From contig JAPDFW010000022.1 of NCBI GenBank assembly GCA_028826165.1, positions 442,758 through 506,757 on the forward strand: a DNA stretch of 64,000 nt, in the 5' to 3' direction. The position numbers and the translations under genes were made by a program. The notes below the pieces were generated by a model that had not been told where the DNA came from, did not search any database, and saw nothing but the letters and a program-made list of their open reading frames with translations. This stretch comes from Anaeramoeba ignava BMAN. Taxonomy: Eukaryota > Protista > Anaeramoebae. This document shows, piece by piece, positions 44,603-56,200 of this stretch. Position 1 is the stretch's first letter, and each line of letters starts with the position of its first letter.

Positions 44603-45613
44603 ATGAATTCTGGTATTCCATTTCATTCATTATCCGGTGAGCAAACTCAATCCACAACTCAAAATATTTTTGCTCCTCCTTCAGTATTTCCAGATATTGA
44701 ACAGAATAAATTTGATTTTGAAGAAGATTATGATCCATTTAATTTATTTGGAATGAGAAATGATTTTACTTTTTCAGAAGATCCAGTTAAATTTGGGAAT
44801 GAAAAAGATTTTTTTCAATTGGAAGAAATTGAACTCATTCAACTTTCTGAAAATGAAGATCAAGAAGAAATTCAAGAAGAAATTCAAGAAGAAATTCAAG
44901 AAGAAATTCAAGAAGAAATTCAAGAAGAAAAACAAGAAATTCAAGAAGAAATTCAAGAAGAAAAACAAGAAATTCAAGAAAAAGAAGAAATTCAAGAAGA
45001 AATTCAAGAAGAAATTCAAGAAGAAAAACAAGAAATTCAAGAAAAAGAAGAAATTCAAGAAGAAATTCAAAAGCCTCAAAGAAGAAGAACAAGAAATAAA
45101 AGAAAAAAAATTGAAGAAGAAATTGAAGAAGAAATTGAAGAAGAAATTGAAGAAAAAACTCAAGAAAAAAGAACAAGAATCAGAAAAAAACAACAATATG
45201 AAGATCTTAATCCAGAAAAAGCAAAAAAATTCCAATTAGCAATGAAACAAGCTTCAAAAAAAACAAATATTGAAGGAGAAACAGTTGTTCTTAGAAGATT
45301 AAAAGAAGTTGGGAAAATATTTGGAACAGAATTTGTTTACATTAAAAAAGATAATGAAGAAATATCAGTGAATGGAAAATTAACAACTTGGAACAATTTG
45401 GGACTTAAAAAAGGGGATAAAATTGTAATTACAGATTCTCTTATTTACAATGAAGGAAAAATTCGATTTGAAAAAGCAAAAAATCCAAAACCTATTAAAA
45501 AATATATTGAAAATGTCCGACATTCCTACTCAAAAGCTCTTAAAAATTATGGATTCCAAAAAGATAATAAATATAAACAAGGTGATATGATTTTCAAATT
45601 TATCGGAAATTGA
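44603..45613 (+). CDS. Unknown family, paralogue 2
   Basis: Same C-domain; (EEIQ)n linker. Confidence 0.8.
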   Translation: MNSGIPFHSLSGEQTQSTTQNIFAPPSVFPDIEQNKFDFEEDYDPFNLFGMRNDFTFSEDPVKFGNEKDFFQLEEIELIQLSENEDQEEIQEEIQEEIQEEIQEEIQEEKQEIQEEIQEEKQEIQEKEEIQEEIQEEIQEEKQEIQEKEEIQEEIQKPQRRRTRNKRKKIEEEIEEEIEEEIEEKTQEKRTRIRKKQQYEDLNPEKAKKFQLAMKQASKKTNIEGETVVLRRLKEVGKIFGTEFVYIKKDNEEISVNGKLTTWNNLGLKKGDKIVITDSLIYNEGKIRFEKAKNPKPIKKYIENVRHSYSKALKNYGFQKDNKYKQGDMIFKFIGN

Positions 45614-45739
45614 TTCAAAATTTATTCAAAATTTCTTTTTCTTTTTGTTTAACAAATATCCAAAATTAAATTCATTTTTTGTTCCAAAAAATAAAAAAAT
45701 TTAAATATGTAAAAAAAAGAGATCATTTTAATTATCTAA

Positions 45740-48700
45740 TTAAATTTAATTAAATTAAAGTAAAATTATTAATCAGATCGAATAATAATTTTTAAATAAA
45801 TTAAATAAAAAATTTAATTAAAAATATTAGTTTAATTAAATTAAATTTTAAAAGAAATTTAATATAAAAATTGTTAATTAATTAAATTTAAAATTAATTA
45901 AAGTAAAATTATTAATAAAATTAATTAATAATTTTTAAATAAATTAAATAAAAATTTAATTAAAATTATTAGTTTAATTATATTAAATTTTTAAAGAAAT
46001 TTAACATAAAAATTGTTAATTAATTAAATTTAAAATTAATTAAAGTAAAATTATTAATAAAATTAATTAATAATTTTTAAATAAATTAAATAAAAATTTA
46101 ATTAAAAATATTAGTTTAATTATATTAAATTTTTAAAGAAATTCAACATAAAAGATGTTATTCAATTAAATTTAAATTGAATTAAAGCAAAATTATTAAT
46201 TAAAAGTAATTAAAAATTTTAAATAAATTAAATAAAAATTTAATTAAAATTATTAGTTTAATTATATTAAATTTTAAAAGAAATTTAATATAAAAATTGT
46301 TAATTAATTAAATTTAAAATTAATTAAAGTAAAATTATTAATAAAATTAATTAAAAATTTTTAAATAAATTAAATAAAAATTTAATTAAAATTATTAGTT
46401 TAATTAAATTAAATTTTAAAAGAAATTTAATATAAAAATTGTTAGTTACTTAAATTTAAAATGAATTAAAGCAAAATTATTAATAAAATTAATTAAAAAT
46501 TTTTAAATAAATTAAATAAAAATTTAATTAAAAATTATTAGTTTAATTATATTAAATTTTTAAAGAAATTTAATATAAAAATTGTTAATTAATTAAATTT
46601 AAAATGAATTAAAAGCAAAAAATTATTAATAAAATTAATTAAAAATTTTTAAATAAATTAAATAAAAATTTAATTAAAAATATTAGTTTAATTAAATTAA
46701 ATTTTTAAAGAAATTCAACATAAAAGATGTTATTTAATTAAATTAAAATTAATTAAAGTAAAATTATTAATAAAATTAAATAAAAATTTTTAAATAAATT
46801 AAATAAAAATTTAATTAAAAAGATTAGTTTAATTATATTAATTTTTAAAGAAATTCAATGTAAAAATTGTTAATTAATTAAATTTAAAATTAATTAAAGT
46901 AAAATTATTAATAAAATTAATTAAAAATTTTTAAATAAATTAAATAAAAATTTAATTAAAATTATTAGTTTAATTAAATTAAATTTTAAAAAGAAATTTA
47001 ATATAAAAATTGTTAATTAATTAAATTTAAAATTAATTAAAGCAAAATTATTAATAAAAATTAATTAAAAATTTTTAAATAAATTAAATAAAAATTTAAT
47101 TAAAAATATTAGTTTAATTATATTAAATTTTTAAAAAGAAATTTAATATAAAAATTGTTAATTAATTAAATTTAAAATGAATTAAAGCAAAAATTATTAA
47201 TAAAATTAAATAAAAATTTTTAAATAAATTAAATAAAAATTTAATTAAAAATATTAGTTTAATTATATTAAATTTTAAAAGAAATTTAATATAAAAATTG
47301 TTAATTAATTAAATTTAAAATTAATTAAAGTAAAATTATTAATCAAATTAAATAATAATTTTTAAATAAATTAAATAAAAATTTAATTAAAATTATTAGT
47401 TTAATTATATTAAATTTTTAAAGAAATTCAACATAAAAATTGTTAATTAATTAAATTTAAAATTAATTAAAGTAAAATTATTAATAAAATTAATTAAAAA
47501 TTTTTAAATAAATTAAATAAAAAATTTAATTAAAAATATTAGTTTAATTAAATTAAATTTTAAAAGAAATTTAATATAAAAAGATGTTAATTAATTAAAT
47601 TTAAATTGAATTAAAGTAAAATTATTAATAAAATTAATTAAAAACTTTTAAATAAATTAAATAAAAATTTAATTAAAAATATTAATTTAATTAAATTAAA
47701 TTTTAAAAGAAATTTAATATAAAAGATGTTAATTAATTAAATTTAAAATTAATTAAAGTAAAATTATTAATAAAATTAATTAATAATTTTTAAATAAATT
47801 AAATAAAAATTTAATTAAAATTATTAGTTTAATTAAATTAAGTTTTTAAAGAAATTTAATATAAAAATTGTTAATTAATTAAATTTAAAATTAATTAAAG
47901 TAAAATTATTAATAAAAGTAATTAAAAATTTTTAAATAAATTAAATAAAAATTTAATTAAAATTATTAGTTTAATTAAATTAAATTTTTAAAGAAATTTA
48001 ATATAAAAATTGTTAATTAATTAAATTTAAAATTAATTAAAGCAAAATTATTAATAAAATTAATTAAAAATTTTTAAATAAATTAAATAAAAATTTAATT
48101 AAAATTATTAGTTTAATTATATTAAGTTTTTAAAAGAAATTTAATATAAAAATTGTTAATTAATTAAATTTAAAATGAATTAAAAGTAAAATTATTAATA
48201 AAATTAATTAAAAATTTTTAAATAAATTAAATAAAAATTTAATTAAAAATATTAGTTTAATTATATTAAGTTTTTAAAGAAATTTAATATAAAAATTGTT
48301 AATCAATTAAATTTAAAATTAATTAAAGTAAAATTATTAATAAAATTAATTAAAAATTTTAAATAAATTAAATAAAAATTTAATTAAAATTATTAGTTTA
48401 ATTAAATTAAATTTTAAAAGAAATTCAACATAAAAGATGTTAATCAATTAAATTTAAAATTAATTAAAAGTAAAATTATTAATTAAATTAATTAAAAATT
48501 TTTAAATAAATTAAATAAAAATTTAATTAAAAATATTAGTTTAATTAAATTAAATTTTAAAAGAAATTTAATATAAAAATTGTTAATCAATTAAATTTAA
48601 AATTATTTAAAGTAAAATTATTAATTAAAGTAATTAAAAATTTTTAAATAAATTAAATAAAAAATTTAATTAAAAATATTAGTTTAATTATATTAAGTTT

Positions 48701-50450
48701 TTAAAGAAATTTAATATAAAAATTGTTAATTAATTAAATTTAAAATTAATTAAAGTAAAATTATTAATAAAAATTAATTAAAAATTTTTAAATAAATTAA
48801 ATAAAAATTTAATTAAAATTATTAGTTTAATTAAATTAAATTTTAAAAGAAATTTAATATAAAAATTGTTAGTTAATTAAATTTAAAATTAATTAAAGCA
48901 AAATTATTAATAAAATTAATTAAAAATTTTTAAATAAATTAAATAAAAATTTAATTAAAATTATTAGTTTAATTATATTAAGTTTTTAAAAGAAATTTAA
49001 TATAAAAATTGTTAACTAATTAAATTTAAAATTAATTAAAGTAAAATTATTAATAAAATTAATTAAAAATTTTTAAATAAATTAAATAAAAATTTAATTA
49101 AAAATATTAGTTTAATTATATTAAGTTTTTAAAGAAATTTAATATAAAATTGTTAATTAATTAAATTTAAAATTAATTAAAGTAAAATTATTAATAAAAT
49201 TAATTAATAATTTTTAAATAAATTAAATAAAAATTTAATTAAAAATATTAGTTTAATTATATTAAGTTTTTAAAGAAATTTAATATAAAATTGTTAATTA
49301 ATTAAATTTAAAATTAATTAAAGTAAAATTATTAATAAAATTAATTAATAATTTTTAAATAAATTAAATAAAAATTTAATTAAAATTATTAGTTTAATTA
49401 AATTAAATTTTTAAAGAAATTTAACATAAAAATTGTTAATCAATTAAATTTAAAATTAATTAAAGTAAAATTATTAATTAAATTAATTAAAAATTTTTAA
49501 ATAAATTAAATAAAAATTTAATTAAAAATATTAGTTTAATTAAATTAAGTTTTTAAAGAAATTTAATATAAAAATTGTTAATCAATTAAATTTAAAAATG
49601 AATTAAAGTAAAATTATTAATAAAATTAAATAAAAATTTTTAAATAAATTAAATAAAAATTTAATTAAAAAGATCAGTTTAATTAAATTAAATTTTTAAA
49701 GAAATTCAACATAAAAATTGTTAATTAATTAAATTTAAAATTAATTAAAGTAAAATTATTAATTAAAGTAATTAATAATTTTTAAATAAATTAAATAAAA
49801 ATTTAATTAAAAAGATCAGTTTAATTAAATTAAATTTTTAAAAGAAATTCAACATAAAAGTTGTTAATTAATTAAATTTAAAATTAATTAAAGTAAAATT
49901 ATTAATAAAAGTAATTAAAATTTTTAAATAAATTAAATAAAAATTTAATTAAAAGATATTTAATTATATTAAATTTTTAAAGAAATTTAATATAAAAATT
50001 GTTAATTACTTAAATTTAAAATGAATTAAAGCAAAATTATTAATTAAATTAATTAAAAATTTTTAAATAAATTAAATAAAAATTTAATTAAAAAGATCAG
50101 TTTAATTATATTAAGTTTTTAAAGAAATTTAATATAAAAGATGTTAATCAATTAAATTTAAAATTATTTAAAGTAAAATTATTAATTAAATTAAATAAAA
50201 ATTTTTAAATAAATTAAATAAAAAATTTAATTAAAAAGATCAGTTTAATTAAATTAAGTTTTTAAAGAAATTTAATATAAAAATTGTTAATTAATTAAAT
50301 TTAAAATTAATTAAAGTAAAATTATTAATTAGATCAAATAAATTTTTAAATAAAATTAAAAAAGGAAAAAAAAATTTAATTAAAAAATTAAATAAACTTT
50401 TAATTAAAAACGATCATCTCCATTGAATTTAAGTTTTAAAGAAATTTAAC
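45740..50450. repeat. ~143-bp tandem satellite, about 33 copies (4.7 kb)
   Basis: AAAG(T/C)AAAATTATTAAT recurs every ~143 bp; first and last units are degenerate. Confidence 0.95.
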
Positions 50451-50622
50451 ATAAAGCAATTTTTTCTAGTCCAGTAAAAAAAATATATCATCGACTAATA
50501 AAAAATGACGTATTTTTTAATTTTTTTTTAATTTAAATAAAAAAAAAAATATACACTTGATTTTTTTTTCATTTTTTTTTTGTTTTAATTAATTTTTGTT
50601 TTAAAAAAAAAACTAAAATAAA

Positions 50623-51795
50623 ATGAATTCAAAGAACAGAAATATTACTTCCAACAAATCAAATGAACAACCACATTTTTTAAATTTACATTTTCAAACA
50701 GATATTGGCGATTTTAATGAAAATCTCAACTATATTATTGGTGACTCCAATCATGTAGATAAATTTGAAGATATCGATGCTTTTATTCCTTTTGACAATT
50801 TCAGTCAAACAAATATTTTTGGTTATCAAAATACTTTGAGTCCTCTCCACAATCCAAATCATTTTGACGATTCAAATATATTCAATTATTTTGACGATTC
50901 AAATATATTCAATTCTTTTCAAATTTGGGATTCTTCTCACAGTTTTAATAAATTGGCTCCTTTTGATGGTTTAGATTCTTTGGATTCTTTTAGTAATTTG
51001 AGTTTTCTTCAACAAAAAGAAAAAGAAAAAGAAATTGAAGAAAAAGAAAAAGAAATTGAAAAAGAATTTGAAAAAGAAATTGAAAAAGAAAAAGAAAAAG
51101 AAAAAGAAAAAGAAATTGAAAAAGAAATTGAAAAAGAAATTGAAAAAGAAATTGAAAAAGAAATTGAAAAAGAAATTGAAAAAGAAATTGAAAAAGAAAT
51201 TGAAAAAGAAATTGAAGAAGTTGAAATTCAAAAACCTCAAAGAATAAGAACAAGAAGAAGAACAAGAAATAAAAGAAAAAAAATTGAAGAAGAAATTGAA
51301 GAAGAAATTGAAGAAGAAATTGAAGAAGAAATTGAAGAAAAAACTAAAGAAAAAAGAACAAGAACAAAAAGAAATCAATACGAAGATCTTAGTCCAGAAA
51401 AAACAAAACAATTTGAATCAGCAATAAAACAAGCTTCAAAAAAAACAAATATTGAAGGAGAAACAGTTGTTCTTAGAAGATTAAAAGAAGTTGGGAAAAT
51501 ATTGGGAACAGAATTTGTTTACATTGAAAAAGATAATGAAGAAATATCAGTGAATGGAAAATTAACAACTTGGAACAATTTGGGACTTGAAAAAGGGGAT
51601 AAAGTTGTAATTACAGATTCTTACATTTACAATGAAGCAAAATATCGATCCAAAAAAGCAAAACACAAAAAGATTCTTGAAACAAGTATTGAAAATGTCA
51701 GGCGAGGATTTTTAAGTGGATTTGGAAAGCATGGATTTGAAAAATATAACACGCACAAACGTGGAGATATGATTTTCAAATTTATAAAAAATTGA
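50623..51795 (+). CDS. Unknown family, paralogue 3
   Basis: Same C-domain; (EKEI)n linker. Confidence 0.8.
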   Translation: MNSKNRNITSNKSNEQPHFLNLHFQTDIGDFNENLNYIIGDSNHVDKFEDIDAFIPFDNFSQTNIFGYQNTLSPLHNPNHFDDSNIFNYFDDSNIFNSFQIWDSSHSFNKLAPFDGLDSLDSFSNLSFLQQKEKEKEIEEKEKEIEKEFEKEIEKEKEKEKEKEIEKEIEKEIEKEIEKEIEKEIEKEIEKEIEKEIEEVEIQKPQRIRTRRRTRNKRKKIEEEIEEEIEEEIEEEIEEKTKEKRTRTKRNQYEDLSPEKTKQFESAIKQASKKTNIEGETVVLRRLKEVGKILGTEFVYIEKDNEEISVNGKLTTWNNLGLEKGDKVVITDSYIYNEAKYRSKKAKHKKILETSIENVRRGFLSGFGKHGFEKYNTHKRGDMIFKFIKN

Positions 51796-51995
51796 TTCAA
51801 AAACAAAAAAAGCAAAAAAATTTGGATCAACAAAATAATATAAGAATTGAAAAATATTATTAATTTTGTTGAAATTACTGATTTGTTGGAAAAGAAGAAA
51901 TTCCCAAAAAGAAAAAAATTTTTTTTGGATTTTTTTTTTCTGTTGAAATAAAATTTATTAATGAAAAAATTTTCTTTTAATCTTTAAAAACAAAA

Positions 51996-53186
51996 TCATT
52001 TGCGACAATAATAAATTCGTTGATCTAACGTTTTGCATTTACGAGAATTCTTGAGTAATAAGGATTCAAGTGTTTGATTTGGACCAATTATTTGATCTAA
52101 AAAAGGTTGGATTTCTTCACCTCCCCATTCTTTTTTAATTGTAAAAAGCTGTTCGAATCTTTCTTCGACAATGTGAGACAGCTGATCGAGATCTATATAA
52201 CGAATGGAATTTAAATTTGTGTTGTCAATACTTTCTGTGTCTTCCATATTTTCATATATTATGAATTTTTTAAGCATGGATAAATTTGGTGAAATCCCAA
52301 AAGGAACAATTTCTTCCCATTCATCCATAAATTTATCAACAACCCATTTTTTCTGTTTTTGGAAAAGTTGTTTTGCGCGGAATTGACAAATTTTTTCTGA
52401 ATCCAAACTATAGATATCCTGGTTTTTTGAGACTAAACTCCTTGGGGTTTTTGACAGACTTTCGAGACCATGCTGAATGATCCTTTCTTCGTATTTAATA
52501 TTCTCCATCAAATTAAGTGCTTGAACACAATCCGAGTAAAGAACATTTTCTAGCGACCAATTGTTCTCCTCGATTGTTGAGAGGATCATATCCAAAAGTT
52601 CGTTTTGGAAAGATGTATCGAGGACTTGCCATTTTCCATGAAATTCAAACGCATTTAAATCTAATAAATATTTTTCAATTTCTTTTTTACTTGCTTGAAT
52701 ATTATCTAGCAAGTCATCAAACGAGTACATATTTGCATCTGTATTTTCTATTCTCTCTCCATTTTTGTTGATTCCTTTATATTTATTTTGATTTAATAAT
52801 TCTCGGAGTTTGTGCAATTTTGGAGATGTTTGATTCAATTCAATATTCGAATTGTGTTTTGAAATGATTTGGATAGAGTCGATATCTAAAATGTGTATAT
52901 CATTTTGGGATAAGTTTGATTCCTCAACAAGTAATTTGTTGTTTTCGTTTTTGATTTTATGAGGGATAAGAAAAAGTGAATTTGTTGATTCTGCATTTTT
53001 AACTTCAAAAGTTTTATCATTTGAACATAAAACAATATTTTCATCTTCATTTCCTTTGAAATAAAGTTTTCCTTGAGTTTTCTGTAAGTTTTCTAAAACA
53101 TCTTCTGATATTTCAAGAAGTAAATAATCATTTTTTTCATCAAAATTATCAGAGAAAAAAATATTTAATTTTTCTTTTGAATTCAT
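51996..53186 (-). CDS. DCC1: Sister chromatid cohesion protein DCC1 (Ctf18-RFC subunit)
   Basis: YLLLE, FKG...VLCSNDKTFEVKNAESTNSL, LLDNIQAS..EI, ERFEQLFTIKKEW...EIQPFL, LLKNSR. Confidence 0.9.
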   Translation of the reverse strand: MNSKEKLNIFFSDNFDEKNDYLLLEISEDVLENLQKTQGKLYFKGNEDENIVLCSNDKTFEVKNAESTNSLFLIPHKIKNENNKLLVEESNLSQNDIHILDIDSIQIISKHNSNIELNQTSPKLHKLRELLNQNKYKGINKNGERIENTDANMYSFDDLLDNIQASKKEIEKYLLDLNAFEFHGKWQVLDTSFQNELLDMILSTIEENNWSLENVLYSDCVQALNLMENIKYEERIIQHGLESLSKTPRSLVSKNQDIYSLDSEKICQFRAKQLFQKQKKWVVDKFMDEWEEIVPFGISPNLSMLKKFIIYENMEDTESIDNTNLNSIRYIDLDQLSHIVEERFEQLFTIKKEWGGEEIQPFLDQIIGPNQTLESLLLKNSRKCKTLDQRIYYCRK

Positions 53187-53250
53187 TTTAAAAAAAAAAA
53201 TGAAATAAATTTTTTCATTTTTTTCTTTTTTATTTCCTTTTTCTTTTTTA
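53187..53250. promoter_or_regulatory. Putative 64-bp bidirectional promoter between DCC1 and TCUP with back-to-back TCATTT elements
   Basis: AAAAAAAATGAAA...TTTCATTTTTTT inverted pair between divergent ATGs. Confidence 0.55.
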
Positions 53251-56200
53251 ATGGCGCTTGCAATTATTCTTCAACATATTGATGGAATAAATATTTTTAC
53301 TCAAACAGTTGATTTTTTTCCAATTATTAAAGCAGCACATATTTCACAAATTTTTACAGAAAGAATAGAAGAAATAAAAACAAAAATTAAAGAAGAAAAA
53401 TCTGAAGTTTATTCTTCTTTGATTCAGGGTTATATGGTTGTTTATGAAGATAGTTTTTGTTTATTTTATTGTTTAATTGGTGATTTTTATATAATAGCAA
53501 TATCTCATACAAAAGAAAATCCATTTGCAACATGGACTATGATTAAGAAAACCAGAAAGTATAATATTTTATTTATAATTTAATTTATTTAGAAATTTAT
53601 AATTTAATTTATTTAGAAATTTATAATTTAATTTATTTAGAAATTTATAATTTAATTTATTTAGAAATTTATAATTTTATTTATAATTTTATTTATAATT
53701 TAATTTATAATTTTATTTATAATTTAATTTATAATTTAATTTATAATTTAATTTATAATTTTATTTATAATTTTATTTATAATTTAATTTATAATTTTAT
53801 TTATAATTTTATTTATAATTTTATTTATAATTTAATTTATAATTTTATTTATAATTTTATTTATAATTTAATTTATAATTTTATTTATAATTTTATTTAT
53901 AATTTTATTTATTTAAAATTTATAATTTTATTTATATTTTTTTATTTATAATTTAATTTTATAATTTATTTTTATAATTTTAATTTATAATTTTATTTAT
54001 AATTTTATTTTATAATTTTATTTATAATTTTGTTTATAATTTAATTTATAATTTTATTTATAATTTTATTTATATTTTTATTTATAATTTTTATTTATAA
54101 TTTAATTTATTTAGAAATTTATAATTTTATTTATAATTTAATTTATAATTTTTATTTATAATTTAATTAATAATTTATTTTTATAACTTTATTTATAATT
54201 TAATTTATATTTTTATTTATAATTTAATTTATAATTTTATTTATAATTTAATTTATATTTTTATTTATAATTTTATTTTTAATTTTATTTATAATTTAAT
54301 TTATAATTTTATTTATAATTTAATTTATAATTTTATTTATATTTTTATTTATAATTTTATTTATAATTTAATTTATAATTTTATTTATAATTTTATTTAT
54401 AATTTAATTTATTTAGAAATTTATAATTTTTATTTATAATTTTATTTATAATTTTATTTATATTTTTATTTAATTTTTATTTATAATTTAATTTATAATT
54501 TTATTTATAATTTAATTTATAATTTTAATTTATAATTTTAATTTATAATTTTATTTATAATTTTATTTATTATTTTATTTATAATTTTATTTATAATTTT
54601 ATTTATAACTTTATTTATAATTTAATTTATTTAGAAATTTATAATTTTATTTATAATTTTATTTATAATTTAATTTATAATTTTATTTATAATTTTATTT
54701 ATAATTTAATTTATAATTTAATTTATAATTTTATTTATAATTATTTTATTTTAATTTGAATTCAGGTTTTTAATTAAATTATGTGATGGAACTGAAGTCA
54801 AAAAAAATAAATTACTCAGAAAATATGTTACTGTTTATTTAGCTTTAGAAAAAATTCTTTATCGAGAACCAACTAATAATTTATTAAATCATAAAATTAC
54901 TAATTTAGAACCTCCAAAATTAACTGTAATTTTAAATTTTAAATTTTAAATTTTAAATTTTGGAAAAATTATTTTGTTTTTAATTTCTCTTTTTTCTTTT
55001 TATATATAGAATTATATTTTTAAGGAAAAACCACAAATTTTAGATAATTTTTGGTATTTTAGTAAAAAAAGATCCAATTTTGATGAAGAAACTCAAAAAT
55101 ATTTTTCAAGTTTATCAATTCCAATTGATCTTCAATTTGAAGATGTAAACGTTTCATTTGGAAATAATTTCAAGTATTAATAAAACAAAAATAATGAAAT
55201 TTATAAAAAGAATAAAAAGAGAATTTTTTTTATATTAAAATATTTTAAATTCAAATTCAAATTCAAATTTAAATCGAAATTTAAAAGTTTTTCTCAAGTT
55301 GAAAATAAAGCAATCAAAATGTTAAATATTTCAACTAATCGAAAAATTGGAGGACAACCAAAAGATATTACTGATACTCTTCAACAAAATTCAAAAGATG
55401 ATTTCGATCCAAAAATCCAAAAAGATTCACAAGATAAAGATGATTTTGGTTTTGATTCCTCAAAACAAATTCAGAGTCAAAATGAGGATAATGAAGATTT
55501 TGATCCTTTTAATAACAATTTAGATCAAAATAATAATAAAAATAATTCCCCAATTACAGAGAAAAAACCACAAATTAAATTACCAAAACTTCGTAAAAAT
55601 TTAAATAAAAAAGAAATACAACAAGAACCAAAGCAAGAAGATAACAAAGATAATGAAGAATTTGATCCCTTTAATACAAATAAATCACAAACTTCAACTT
55701 CAACACCAACATTAACATTAAAATCAAAATCTAAATCAAAATCTAAAGAGAAATCAAAAGAAAAATTCAATTCATTTACTTTTAATCTAAATAAATCAAA
55801 ACTAAAATCAAAATCAAAATCAAAATCTAAAGATAATAATTTAGATTCATTTAATTTTAATCCAAATCAACAAAATAACGAAGAATTTGATCCATTCAAT
55901 ACAAATCAATCTAAATCTAAAGATAATAATTTGGATTCATTCAATTTTAATCCAAATCAATCTAAATCAAAAGATAATAATTTAGATTCATTTAATTTCA
56001 ATACAAATAAACAAAATAACGAAGAATTTGATCCATTTAATACAAATCAATCAAAATCACAAGATAATAATTTAGATTCATTCAATTTCAATACAAATCA
56101 ATCTAAATCTAAAGATAATAATTTAGATTCATTCAATTTCAATACAAATCAATCTAAATCTAAAGATAATAATTTGGATTCATTTAATTTTAATCCAAAT

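Noticed and set aside
45740-50450. Regularly spaced repeats as a possible CRISPR array
   Set aside because: No unique spacers, no cas genes, eukaryotic context
43037-51795. Paralogue trio as transposon or viral genes
   Set aside because: No transposase, RT, integrase or capsid motifs, terminal repeats or target-site duplications were seen
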